From Candidatus Scatovivens sp. (lineage in GTDB: Bacteria; Bacillota; Clostridia; TANB77; CAG-508), in the NCBI GenBank assembly GCA_045602645.1, contig JAZSBZ010000066.1:1-37561 (forward strand): DNA of 37,561 nucleotides, given 5' to 3'. This document shows positions 7,652 to 16,908 of this stretch, piece after piece. Position numbers and translations under genes: made by a program. The notes below the pieces were generated by a model. The model was not told the DNA's origin, searched no databases, and saw only the letters and a program-made list of their open reading frames with translations. Each line of letters begins with the position of its first letter. Position 1 is the stretch's first letter.

Positions 7652-8398
7652 ATGCCAGATAAAAAGACAAGTATTTATTATGATGTTGGCGAAAGAATAA
7701 GATTTTATAGAAAACTAAAGAATTTATCGTTAAGTAAATTTGGAAATATGATAGGAAAGACTAAATCTACAGTATGTAGATATGAGACTAATGAAATCTG
7801 TCCAGATGTTATAACACTTTGTGAGATATGTTCTGCACTAGAGATATCAGTTAGTGAATTTTTAGATGAAAATAAAAGTGCTGCAACAGAATATAGCATT
7901 AATCCATTTGGAGAAAATGAGCTTTATTTATACTATATTGGTTTTAGTAAAAAACTAGTTGTATCAAAATTAGAGATTACTTTAATAGATGGAGTTTATA
8001 AGGTTGTATTAAAAAATGCTATTAATAATTCTATTTCAGAAAGAGATTCATACCATTATGATGGTAAAATGGAATCAAACGGAATAGTAACATTCTTTAA
8101 TTTATCTAATTCATTTAATAATAAGAAATTTGAAAAGATACAAATAACAATAAATAACCAATTCGCTGAAAATGGATTCTATTATGGTTCAATAAGTGCG
8201 ACTGGTAATGATAACTTATCTACAAATAGAAAATGTATGATATGCTCTAAGAAAACAGAAGACTTATCAAAAGAGCAAAGAAAGCAAATATTTGAAAAGT
8301 TAAAAATATCTAAAAAAGAAATAGATCAAATAAAGAAAAATTACTACTGGGATCCAATTATAAGAAACGAAGAAGATTATTCGGTGGTAGTAGAATAA
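7652..8398 (+). CDS. XRE-family HTH regulator with an unknown ~170-aa C-terminal domain
   Basis: VGERIRFYRKLKNLSLSKFGNMIGKTKSTVCRYETNEICPD is a Cro/C1 HTH; GGAGGTGG RBS before ATG 7652. Confidence 0.9.
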   Translation: MPDKKTSIYYDVGERIRFYRKLKNLSLSKFGNMIGKTKSTVCRYETNEICPDVITLCEICSALEISVSEFLDENKSAATEYSINPFGENELYLYYIGFSKKLVVSKLEITLIDGVYKVVLKNAINNSISERDSYHYDGKMESNGIVTFFNLSNSFNNKKFEKIQITINNQFAENGFYYGSISATGNDNLSTNRKCMICSKKTEDLSKEQRKQIFEKLKISKKEIDQIKKNYYWDPIIRNEEDYSVVVE

Positions 8399-8620
8399 TA
8401 AAAGTAAATATGAAAATAATTAATTTTAAGAGGGAAGCTAGAAATAGCTTCTCTTTTTTAATTTTTAAAACAAATGTATGAGGGTTTTTAATGGTAAAAA
8501 AGTGATTTTATAGAGTTTTAAATGCTTTTAAGGGAATAATGAATTCTTTTTAAAATAGCGTGCTAGTATGTAGTCAGTTCGAACAAACAAACACTTTTCT
8601 AGAAAAGAAAAAGGAGGGTT

Positions 8621-8896
8621 ATGAATAATATAACAGGAGAAGAAGACATGATTGAGGTAGATGTTTCACCTTATACTCTTGAAAAAGCATTTACAGATTA
8701 TAAACATTACTTAGCAATGAAACCGCTTTCTAAAATAGAGAAGTTAGTCTTATATACACTAATAGTTGAGCTAACTCCACTTGGAGTAGCGTGTAAGAAA
8801 CTGAAGATGAGTAAATATGAAGTTATAAAGACAAAAGAAAAAGCATTAAGAAATTTTAAAGCTAATTTAAAGAGAATTATAAAGGAGAATAAGTAA
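8621..8896 (+). CDS. Small sigma-70 region-4-like HTH protein
   Basis: LSKIEKLVLY...ACKKLKMSKYEVIKTKEKALRNFK fits the sigma r4 pattern; stop/start overlap (TAATG) with the next gene. Confidence 0.6.
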   Translation: MNNITGEEDMIEVDVSPYTLEKAFTDYKHYLAMKPLSKIEKLVLYTLIVELTPLGVACKKLKMSKYEVIKTKEKALRNFKANLKRIIKENK

Positions 8897-10305
8897 TGGC
8901 TAATAAAAACGTAAAAGTAATATACAAGAAGATAGAACCAGAATTCTTAAACAAATATGGATATATAAACTTAAATCATAGAGAAGTAAATACAAAAAGC
9001 GATTTAGTTGAAATAGCGAGTATTTTTAGAAATCCAATGTATGAAACTTTTAGAATCATATATATGAAAAATAAAAGTATTGTTGGGTATGAATCAATAT
9101 CAAGCAGAGGTACACGAACTGTAGAGATATTTCCTAAATCAAAATCAGGAAGGAATACTAATGAAAAATGTTTTTATAAGATTTCTGACAGAATGAGAAG
9201 ATTAAATGCAAATGGATATTATATGGTTCACAATCATCCAAGTGGACATGCTAAAGCATCAAGAGATGACTTAAAAGTTACAGAAGCATTTGCTGAGAAT
9301 CTTGATGGATTTCTAGGGCATTTAATTGTTAATACAGAAAGTTATGCATGGATTGATGTAGATAAATATGGAATTGCAAAAGCAGACAATTTCCAAGAAG
9401 TAAAAAAATTAAAGAAGGATAGGTATTATAAGATGTTAAATAAGAAATCAATATATGATGTAAAAATAGAATCAAGAGAGGATTTGGTAGCATTAATGCA
9501 CCATATTAAAAATAGTAAGGATTATTCTAGTCTAATATTTTGTGATGCAAGAGGAAAGATAAGAATGATTCAAGATATGCCAAATAGATTCTTAAATATG
9601 AAAGATGAACAGTTAGAAGGATATCTTGCAAATCAAAAATTATTAAATGGAGCAACAAGGGTATTCTTTGCAACAACAGATAATGAGGTTTATAAAAAGG
9701 CTATTAAGTTCTGGCAGAAAGAAGTATTCTTAGATGCAATTTGTTATAAGGAAGAAGACAGTAGAATTTATACATATGAAAAAGTAAGGGTAGAGACAGT
9801 AGATAATATTGAGAACATTAATAGGATAAGACAATTCGAAGAAATGGAAGAAAAGATAGAAGAGCTTAGAGAGACTAATAAAGCATTAGCGGTTACTGAA
9901 GACAATGAAACCTATAAAAGACCGGATGTATTAAAAGTATTATTAAAAAGAGTAGGAAAAGAACCTGAAGTTGTAGAGATAAAAAATAATCTAGTAACAA
10001 AACAAGAATTAGTAGGAGGGTTAATAGAAGTAGTTCAATATGATGATGTGATTATTATTTGTAATGAAGAAGGTAAAGTTTTAGGATTACCACCAAATCT
10101 TATTTTTGAACTTGATTATATTGCAGGAGATTGCTTCATTGTAGGAGATGATTATGAACATGGAGATTTTAAAAGTTTAACTGACGATGAGATTAGAAGA
10201 TATAAAAAAGATTTAAGTGATAGAGGATTTAAATATAAAAGTGAAGATGATTTTATCCCCTCAAAAGAAAAAGAGCGCGGAGAGCGCATGCGAGGGAAAG
10301 CTTAG
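8896..10305 (+). CDS. RadC/JAB-like domain protein fused to a C-terminal DUF3846-like domain
   Basis: HNHPSG...SRDD JAB metal motif; C-terminal QELVGGLIEVV...IICNEEGKVLGLPPN...IAGDCFIVG. Confidence 0.7.
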   Translation: MANKNVKVIYKKIEPEFLNKYGYINLNHREVNTKSDLVEIASIFRNPMYETFRIIYMKNKSIVGYESISSRGTRTVEIFPKSKSGRNTNEKCFYKISDRMRRLNANGYYMVHNHPSGHAKASRDDLKVTEAFAENLDGFLGHLIVNTESYAWIDVDKYGIAKADNFQEVKKLKKDRYYKMLNKKSIYDVKIESREDLVALMHHIKNSKDYSSLIFCDARGKIRMIQDMPNRFLNMKDEQLEGYLANQKLLNGATRVFFATTDNEVYKKAIKFWQKEVFLDAICYKEEDSRIYTYEKVRVETVDNIENINRIRQFEEMEEKIEELRETNKALAVTEDNETYKRPDVLKVLLKRVGKEPEVVEIKNNLVTKQELVGGLIEVVQYDDVIIICNEEGKVLGLPPNLIFELDYIAGDCFIVGDDYEHGDFKSLTDDEIRRYKKDLSDRGFKYKSEDDFIPSKEKERGERMRGKA

Positions 10306-10355
10306 AAAATACAATTCTTTAAAGCTTGGAGATATAGTATAAATAGGAGGTTAGT

Positions 10356-11357
10356 ATGGGTATACCAATTATTAGAAATGTTAAGCATACACTAGGTAGA
10401 TTAACATGGGTATATAGACACAATGAAAGAAAAAACATCAATTATTCTAATAAAGAAATTGATGAGACTAAAACTAAAAATAATTATTGGTTAAAGAAAC
10501 CGGAAAATCCTTACGTAAAAGAATTCTTTCTAATTAGAGAAAAGAATAACTTATTCGGTAGTCTTAGAAAAAATTCTAAAGCGGTATGTGAATATGTTAT
10601 AGGATGTAGTGACAATTACTTTGAAGAGATTGGTGCAGAAGAAACTAAAAGATATTTTGAAGAGGCATATAAGTTTGTTCAAAATTATAAGGATTTAGGA
10701 GAGAAGTATATTATTTCTGCTGTTGTTCATATGGACGAGACTAATCCACACATGCATTTAACATACATTCCAGTAGTACATAAGGTTAATCCAATGACAG
10801 GAGGTAAGTTTGATAAGATAGCATGCTCAGAATTTTGGGGGCAAAGATTTAGTTATTCTAATTTACATGAAGCGTTTCATAATCATATGATAGATGCAGG
10901 TTTTGAACTTGAAAGAGGTGCGTTTACAAAAATTCAATTTATTCCAGTTAGTAAGTTAAAGGTACTTACTAATTATGAGGCACAGAAATTAGAACTTCAG
11001 ATGAATAAGCCTGAAGAGGAAATAGAGACAGATGATATAAATGTTTTAAGAGAGGAATACAAAAGAGTAGTTAAAAAGATAAATAATATTTCAAGGCAGT
11101 ATGCTAAAGTAAAAGCGATTATTGAAAATAATGTTAAAAAGATGGAATATTTATTCGAAGAAAACGAAAGATTATCAAGTAATTATAGAGCAGAAAAACA
11201 AAGAAATTCTTGGTATAAATTCTGCATTAATAAAGTATTTGAGTGTGTGAGTATATTATTTAATTTCCCAGAAAATAGACTAAAATCTATAGCTGGTAGA
11301 TTTATTGAAAGTACAAAAGAAGAAAATGTTGAAAAAGAAGTACAAACTACCAAATAA
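10356..11357 (+). CDS. MobV/Pre-family relaxase (plasmid recombination enzyme)
   Basis: N-terminal HNER motif, HUH motif VHMDETNPHMH, coiled-coil C-terminus. Confidence 0.88.
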   Translation: MGIPIIRNVKHTLGRLTWVYRHNERKNINYSNKEIDETKTKNNYWLKKPENPYVKEFFLIREKNNLFGSLRKNSKAVCEYVIGCSDNYFEEIGAEETKRYFEEAYKFVQNYKDLGEKYIISAVVHMDETNPHMHLTYIPVVHKVNPMTGGKFDKIACSEFWGQRFSYSNLHEAFHNHMIDAGFELERGAFTKIQFIPVSKLKVLTNYEAQKLELQMNKPEEEIETDDINVLREEYKRVVKKINNISRQYAKVKAIIENNVKKMEYLFEENERLSSNYRAEKQRNSWYKFCINKVFECVSILFNFPENRLKSIAGRFIESTKEENVEKEVQTTK

Positions 11358-11434
11358 TCATAAATAGAAAAGCCCTCTAATATTTTACAAAAGGCCTTGA
11401 ATGTGCTATAATTAAAGTGTTAGGGGGTGTTTTA

Positions 11435-12145
11435 TTGAATAGAGAAGATGTAAGAAAAATTTTATTCAAATTACGAACAACCGAAAACGAACAAATAGTT
11501 AATTATCTTGCTGGTCAAATAGATATGATGACTGATGATGCTGTAAAAGGAATACTTGATAAACTAGGTAATAACCCAGGAAAAGTAGAACAAGTTCTTT
11601 CGGAAAAAATTGGTCAAAGACAACAAAGATTATTAAGAGGTCATGAAGAACACAAACCAATTAATAAATTATATTCTTATGGTATTGCAACAAAGACTGC
11701 ACACCTTCACTTACCAGTGCAACTTCAAGATATTAAAGGCGCTGGAATAACAGGTAAAATAAATACTGCAAATCTTTATTTAATTGATGCAATTGAAAGA
11801 ATTGCAAAATTAAAAGATTCCGGAGATCCTAAATTTAAAGATGTTGAAAATATCTATATGATTTCACCAATACTTGTTAGTAGACAACTAAAGTTTTTAG
11901 AAGAATTAGGGTTTGAAACAGAGAGTTTTGATAGAAAAGAGTTAGCAAATCCTGAATTTGTAAAAACTCATCCAGAAGCTCAGTTTGGTTTAAAGATTTT
12001 CCCTGATGCTAAAAATATTGGTAGAGCACAAATTAGTTTAGATAAGGTTAAATCAAAAGAGTGGCAAGAATTAAAAGATAACGCTAAAAAAGTATTAGAA
12101 TCTAAAGGAGCAAGTTTAGAAGATTCTGATTCTGATGCAAGATAA
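11435..12145 (+). CDS. Hypothetical soluble protein ending ...LEDSDSDAR
   Basis: GGGGGTG RBS before TTG 11435, TATAAT upstream, terminator at about 12157-12181. Confidence 0.75.
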   Translation: MNREDVRKILFKLRTTENEQIVNYLAGQIDMMTDDAVKGILDKLGNNPGKVEQVLSEKIGQRQQRLLRGHEEHKPINKLYSYGIATKTAHLHLPVQLQDIKGAGITGKINTANLYLIDAIERIAKLKDSGDPKFKDVENIYMISPILVSRQLKFLEELGFETESFDRKELANPEFVKTHPEAQFGLKIFPDAKNIGRAQISLDKVKSKEWQELKDNAKKVLESKGASLEDSDSDAR

Positions 12146-12238
12146 ATTTATAAATTAAGGCAGGTTTATCCTGCCTTTTGTTGTTTTACCTATGAAAATA
12201 TGATATAAATAGGGTATTAAATAAAAAGGAGAATAAAA

Positions 12239-12619
12239 ATGATTAATGTTGTTGCTGGAATTATAAGAAATGAAGAAGAAAAAATCTTAATAACTCAAAG
12301 AAATTTGAAAAAAGCACAAGGTGGATTATGGGAGTTCCCTGGAGGTAAGATAGAAGCAGGAGAAACAAAAGAGGATGCGATAGTAAGAGAAATTAAAGAA
12401 GAATTAACAATAGACATTAGAGTTGATGAGTATCTTGATGAGAAATTATTCGAGTACCCAGAAAAAACAATAAACTTAATTGCAATAAAATGTACAAAAG
12501 TTGGGGGAGATCTTAACTTAAATGAACATGAAGATGCAAGATGGATATCAAAGGATGAACTTGATAATTTCGAATTTGCACCAGCAGATCATTTTATAGT
12601 TAATAAATTAAAGGTATAA
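12239..12619 (+). CDS. NUDIX hydrolase (MutT/NudG-like)
   Basis: WEFPGGKIEAGETKEDAIVREIKEEL Nudix box; FAPAD C-terminal motif. Confidence 0.92.
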   Translation: MINVVAGIIRNEEEKILITQRNLKKAQGGLWEFPGGKIEAGETKEDAIVREIKEELTIDIRVDEYLDEKLFEYPEKTINLIAIKCTKVGGDLNLNEHEDARWISKDELDNFEFAPADHFIVNKLKV

Positions 12620-12625
12620 ATAAAC

Positions 12626-12657
12626 AAAAAAACGCTACTTTTTAAGTAGCGTTTTTG
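12626..12657. terminator. Bidirectional terminator
   Basis: AAAAACGCTACTT...AAGTAGCGTTTTT between convergent genes. Confidence 0.8.
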
Positions 12658-12658
12658 T

Positions 12659-13288
12659 TTATTTATTTTCACTTTTTTCTTCTTCATCATCAAATACAAA
12701 TTTTACTTCTGAATCATAAAGTTGAAGTTTATAAATTCTTTCTGTTCTTTTTTCAACGTTGTTAAGCATTAAGTTTTCACACATTTCCCATAGAGCAACC
12801 CATCCAACAATGTTTAGAAATTCTACGATAAATGATGCAAAGTGTTGTTCTAAAGCAAATGATAATATTATGAACACAATTCCAAGCAAGAATAAAGATA
12901 AAGATTTTTTATTAGCGATATGAATGTCGTAATCTCTATCATCTATTTCCATACCGTAGTTATTTTTTATAACTTTTTTAATTCTAGATTGTTCTTCTTC
13001 AGATATTCTTGGACAGTGAATTTCAAGAATAATTTCATATTTTAGTGGTATGATGTAAGCAATTTCTTCAATGTAATCGCAGACATCATCAGATAAAGCA
13101 AGTTTTTTATAATCATGTTTCATGTATAAGTCATCTATTTTATTTAGTTTAATTGGAATAGTTGCTTTACCATATTTGATATAGTGTTTATCGATATAAT
13201 CAGCTTCTCTAAATTTAATCTTTCTGTTTTTTACTCTAAAATTATTTTTTTTCTTCTTTTTTTTCATATTAAAAAATTTAAATCCCAT
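12659..13288 (-). CDS. Conserved-looking hypothetical protein with two C-terminal TM helices
   Basis: Hydrophobic hairpin ending IVGWVALWE; GAGGT RBS; downstream of fic in the same orientation. Confidence 0.75.
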   Translation of the reverse strand: MGFKFFNMKKKKKKNNFRVKNRKIKFREADYIDKHYIKYGKATIPIKLNKIDDLYMKHDYKKLALSDDVCDYIEEIAYIIPLKYEIILEIHCPRISEEEQSRIKKVIKNNYGMEIDDRDYDIHIANKKSLSLFLLGIVFIILSFALEQHFASFIVEFLNIVGWVALWEMCENLMLNNVEKRTERIYKLQLYDSEVKFVFDDEEEKSENK

Positions 13289-13296
13289 AAGTACCT

Positions 13297-14013
13297 CTAT
13301 CTATCTTCGCGACCTGCAATATGTGAATCAAGTTGGCTTTGAAGTGTTTCAATATTCTTTGAAATACCTGCTATAATTGCTCTTTTTAATAATGCATTTA
13401 AATGTTCAGGTTCTGGAGAATATTCTTTTGGAATAGCAGCTAAAACAAATTTATCTCTAATACTATATTGAGTAATTCTTCCATTTTCGTCTTTTTTACG
13501 AGATAAATTATTAAGTAGTATTCCTAAGTCCATTGGGAAACCATGTTCTTTTGAAAATTGTCTTGCAAAAGTAATTGTTGTTCTTGTATTTCCATCTCTA
13601 AATGGATGTATTTTCCAAAGTTCTGTAAGATGATCTGTAAAAGTTGCAACTTTTTCATCAAAAGGAAGCGAGTCCCAATTTACCTCATTCATTTTTTTAA
13701 GACATGCATTCATTTCTTTACTAATATCTTTTGCTTGAGAATATTCTAAACTTAAACCTGGAAGAACAAGTTCTTCTTTAATGATAGGTACAGTTCTATA
13801 TTCACCAGCCCAATCAAAGATGTCTTCAAATATATGTTTATGTATTGATTTAAAATATTTTGCATCAAATTGTTGCTTGTAAGACATGTCTACGTCTAAG
13901 AATTTGGCGAAAGTAATGTCTCTTTCTGCTCTATTTAATTCATCATAAGAGGTGATACCTAATTTGTTTCTTAATACCGCATTTTCGTCATCATATACAT
14001 ATGGATCGTGCAT
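13297..14013 (-). CDS. Fic-domain protein (FicT-like toxin) with a non-canonical motif
   Basis: DPYVY...VLRNKLGI N-terminus, IHKHIFEDIFDWAGEYR, HPFRDGNTRTTI. Confidence 0.92.
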   Translation of the reverse strand: MHDPYVYDDENAVLRNKLGITSYDELNRAERDITFAKFLDVDMSYKQQFDAKYFKSIHKHIFEDIFDWAGEYRTVPIIKEELVLPGLSLEYSQAKDISKEMNACLKKMNEVNWDSLPFDEKVATFTDHLTELWKIHPFRDGNTRTTITFARQFSKEHGFPMDLGILLNNLSRKKDENGRITQYSIRDKFVLAAIPKEYSPEPEHLNALLKRAIIAGISKNIETLQSQLDSHIAGREDR

Positions 14014-14213
14014 TAGATGTCACCACCTTTTTTATACATATTAATTATTTTTGCTTGAACATCAGATATTTCTGTAATACCGTCTACATATTCTTTTGCT
14101 ATTTTAAGTACTTTTTCATCTGGAACGTCAGCTCCTGTGATAGATATAGCAAGTGCATTTTTAACGATATCTAATCTTTGTTCTCTAGTTGTATTTTTTA
14201 TAGATAAATCCAT
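14013..14213 (-). CDS. VbhA/FicA-like antitoxin
   Basis: 66 aa, translationally coupled upstream of fic; NALAISITGADVPDEKVLKIAKEYVDG resembles VbhA helices. Confidence 0.7.
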   Translation of the reverse strand: MDLSIKNTTREQRLDIVKNALAISITGADVPDEKVLKIAKEYVDGITEISDVQAKIINMYKKGGDI

Positions 14214-14392
14214 AAAATTCTCCTTTAATTTATTAAATGTTTAAAATTAACAGTAATATTATACCATTTTTTATGCTTAAAATCAAATACAACAAGCTTT
14301 CTATATAATGACATTTTTATTACAATTGTTTACAAATAAATAATTTAAAAGTATAATTAAATTGTATAAATTTGATAAAATAGGGAGTAATT

Positions 14393-15235
14393 ATGGAAAG
14401 AGCAGAAGTAAAAGAATATTTAAAAAAATTAGGTGTAAAACCAGAATTCGTTGAAATGCCTGCAATAGTTGAGCCAATATATAAAGATTTAATAGATAAA
14501 ACAGTATCTGAAATTGAAAGTAAAGTTAAAATTACAGTTACACCAGATGGAAATTTTACAATAGGAGATAGAAGTATTGTTGCTTCAGAAGATGGCGGAG
14601 CTAAAGTTTCATATTCTGATGTTACTATTGATGTTAATGAAGTGGGAATTGCTGTTGGATATTCAGATGGAAGTTGGATGGACTTTTTCTCAGATACACA
14701 TAGAAAAGACAATGGACTTGTAGAGCATTCAAGTGGAAATAATGGAAATGCAACAATGTCTACAACAGTTGGATTTGATAATGGATCTTGGTCAATATTA
14801 AATGCTATGGGTGCTAAATTTACTATTCAAAGTGCAATTTCAAGCAAAGAAGAAAAAGTTGAAGGAATTGATAAAGAAGCAGTTATTAAAGAGTTTGATG
14901 AAAATTCTCAAGCAGTAATGAGAAATTATCCTGGAACAATAGGATGGTATACTCAAAAAAGAGAAGCTTTAGTAGCAACATTAGATAGAGAATGTGATCC
15001 TAAAGTAGTAGAACAAAGAAGAATAGAATCATTAGAAAGTGAAGTAAAAAGATTAACAGAAGAAAATGGAAGATTAACACAAAGTAATAAGAGATTAACT
15101 GAAATGCTTGAAAAAGCTTTAGAGTTTATGTCATCTGTTAGAAATAGTCCAATAGGATCATTTTTCTTTGGTAAAAAAATAAAAAATTATGAAAATGGAC
15201 TTAATAAATTAGATTCAGGAAAACAAGAAAGATAA
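14393..15235 (+). CDS. Hypothetical protein with a coiled coil, ending ...LDSGKQER
   Basis: GGGAG RBS, heptad region IESLESEVKRLTEENGRL, terminator at about 15247-15272. Confidence 0.8.
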   Translation: MERAEVKEYLKKLGVKPEFVEMPAIVEPIYKDLIDKTVSEIESKVKITVTPDGNFTIGDRSIVASEDGGAKVSYSDVTIDVNEVGIAVGYSDGSWMDFFSDTHRKDNGLVEHSSGNNGNATMSTTVGFDNGSWSILNAMGAKFTIQSAISSKEEKVEGIDKEAVIKEFDENSQAVMRNYPGTIGWYTQKREALVATLDRECDPKVVEQRRIESLESEVKRLTEENGRLTQSNKRLTEMLEKALEFMSSVRNSPIGSFFFGKKIKNYENGLNKLDSGKQER

Positions 15236-15290
15236 TTTAAAAGTAGAGCGTGAAATTAATTCACGCTTTTTTATTTATACAATTTTGAGG

Positions 15291-15427
15291 AAAATGTGAT
15301 AAAAAACGACAAAACGATGTAAAAAATGTGATTTATAACGATAAAATAGCGCGAAAAATGTGATAAAATACACAAAAAAGTGTGAAAAATGTGATTTTAT
15401 CTCTCGAAATGATGTAAAAAATGTGAT
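15291..15427 (+). repeat. Five phased AAAATGTGAT direct repeats
   Basis: Copies start at 15291, 15323, 15355, 15386 and 15418 (spacing 32, 32, 31, 32). Confidence 0.9.
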
Positions 15428-15451
15428 AAAATCTTTGTAAGAGGTGATAAT

Positions 15452-16798
15452 ATGAGGCTAAAAAGAAAGATAGATGACTATCTATTAGAGTGGAAAGATA
15501 GTAAGAATAAAATGCCTTTAATAGTAAATGGTGCACGTCAAATTGGAAAAACTGATGCTATAACTAATTTTGGAAAAAATAATTATAAAAGTTTTATAGA
15601 AATTAATTTTGTTTTACAACCTGAATACAAAGATATCTTTGATAAGGGATTTGAAGTAGATAGAGTAATAAAAGATATTACATTAAGAAATGGAAATTTT
15701 GAATTTATTCCAGGAGATACATTAATATTTTTTGATGAGATTCAAAGTTATCCAAGCTGTGCTACATCATTAAAAGCTTTTAGAGAAGATGGTAGATTTG
15801 ACGTTATATGTTCTGGATCTCTTATGGGAATTAACTATGAGGAAATAGAATCCAATAGTGTTGGAAATAAGATTGATTATACAATGCGTTCTTTAGACTT
15901 TGAAGAGTTTTTGTGGGCTAAAGGAATAACTAAAGAGCAAATAGAAGATTTATATGAATGTATGAAAAATGTAGAACCTTTATCAAAAGTACAATACGAT
16001 GTTATTATGGAAGCATTTCAAGAATATATGATAGTTGGAGGTATGCCTTTAATTGTAAAAACATTTGTTGAAAATAATACATATAATGGCATATTAGAAT
16101 TGCAAAGACAAATTATACTAGACTATGAAGAAGATATTACTAAATATGCAGGAGGACTTGATAAAACAAAGATCTTAAATGCGTACAGAAAAATACCAGT
16201 GTTTTTGGGAAATGAAAACAAGAAATTTCAAATCACTAAATTATCACAAGGTGCAAGAAATAGAGAATATGTAGGTGTTATTGAATGGCTTAAAAATGCT
16301 GGAATTGTTAATGTATGTTATTGCTTAGATCAAGTTGCTCTTCCACTTAAAGGAAATTATAATCCGGATAATTACAGATTATATTTTGGAGATCCAGGAT
16401 TATTGATTGCATCATTAGATGAAGAGTCTCAATATGATCTTAGAAATAATAAAAATTTTAACACTTATAAAGGTGCTATATATGAAAATGTTATAGCAGA
16501 TATTTTGGTAAAAGAAGGATATGATTTGTATTTCTATAAAGATGAAGCAGGAAGATTAGAAATGAATTTTTTTGTAAGAGACATTGAAAGCTTAATACCT
16601 GTTGAAGTTAAGGCAAGTGATAATAGTACTGTTTCACTTAATAAGCTTATAGATAGTGTAAAATATAAAGACATCAAATATGGAATTAAATTATGTAATA
16701 AAAATATTGGTTTTAATAATAAATTTTATACATTCCCATATTGTTTAGCTTTTATGGTTAAGAGATTTTTAAAAGAGAAAAATGGAATAACAGATTAA
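15452..16798 (+). CDS. AAA_14 ATPase with DUF4143 / PD-(D/E)xK-like C-terminal domain
   Basis: Walker A GARQIGKT, Walker B FFDEIQ, CSGS, VGGMP, YFGDPGLL, GAIYEN, IPVEVK. Confidence 0.92.
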   Translation: MRLKRKIDDYLLEWKDSKNKMPLIVNGARQIGKTDAITNFGKNNYKSFIEINFVLQPEYKDIFDKGFEVDRVIKDITLRNGNFEFIPGDTLIFFDEIQSYPSCATSLKAFREDGRFDVICSGSLMGINYEEIESNSVGNKIDYTMRSLDFEEFLWAKGITKEQIEDLYECMKNVEPLSKVQYDVIMEAFQEYMIVGGMPLIVKTFVENNTYNGILELQRQIILDYEEDITKYAGGLDKTKILNAYRKIPVFLGNENKKFQITKLSQGARNREYVGVIEWLKNAGIVNVCYCLDQVALPLKGNYNPDNYRLYFGDPGLLIASLDEESQYDLRNNKNFNTYKGAIYENVIADILVKEGYDLYFYKDEAGRLEMNFFVRDIESLIPVEVKASDNSTVSLNKLIDSVKYKDIKYGIKLCNKNIGFNNKFYTFPYCLAFMVKRFLKEKNGITD

Positions 16799-16908
16799 TT
16801 GGTTGAAAGAGATATGCTTTAAAAGGTATATCTCTTTTTGTATCTTTAAACTTATTTTAATTTATGATATAATAACGCATGAATTTAAAAAAGTTAAAAA
16901 GGATGTTT

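Larger units (their letters stand above)
8621..11357 (+). mobile_element. Mobilisation-type module or remnant (sigma r4, JAB-DUF3846, MobV)
   Basis: Gene types typical of Firmicute mobilisable elements. No integrase, Rep or att repeats seen, so the boundaries are uncertain. Confidence 0.45.

Noticed and set aside
10261-10355. MobV oriT
   Set aside because: There are GAGCGC repeats and TATAGT, but no clear RSA-type inverted repeat and nick site, so it is not supportable by eye.
15291-15427. CRISPR array
   Set aside because: The repeat is only about 10 nt with a 32-bp unit, and no cas genes are present.
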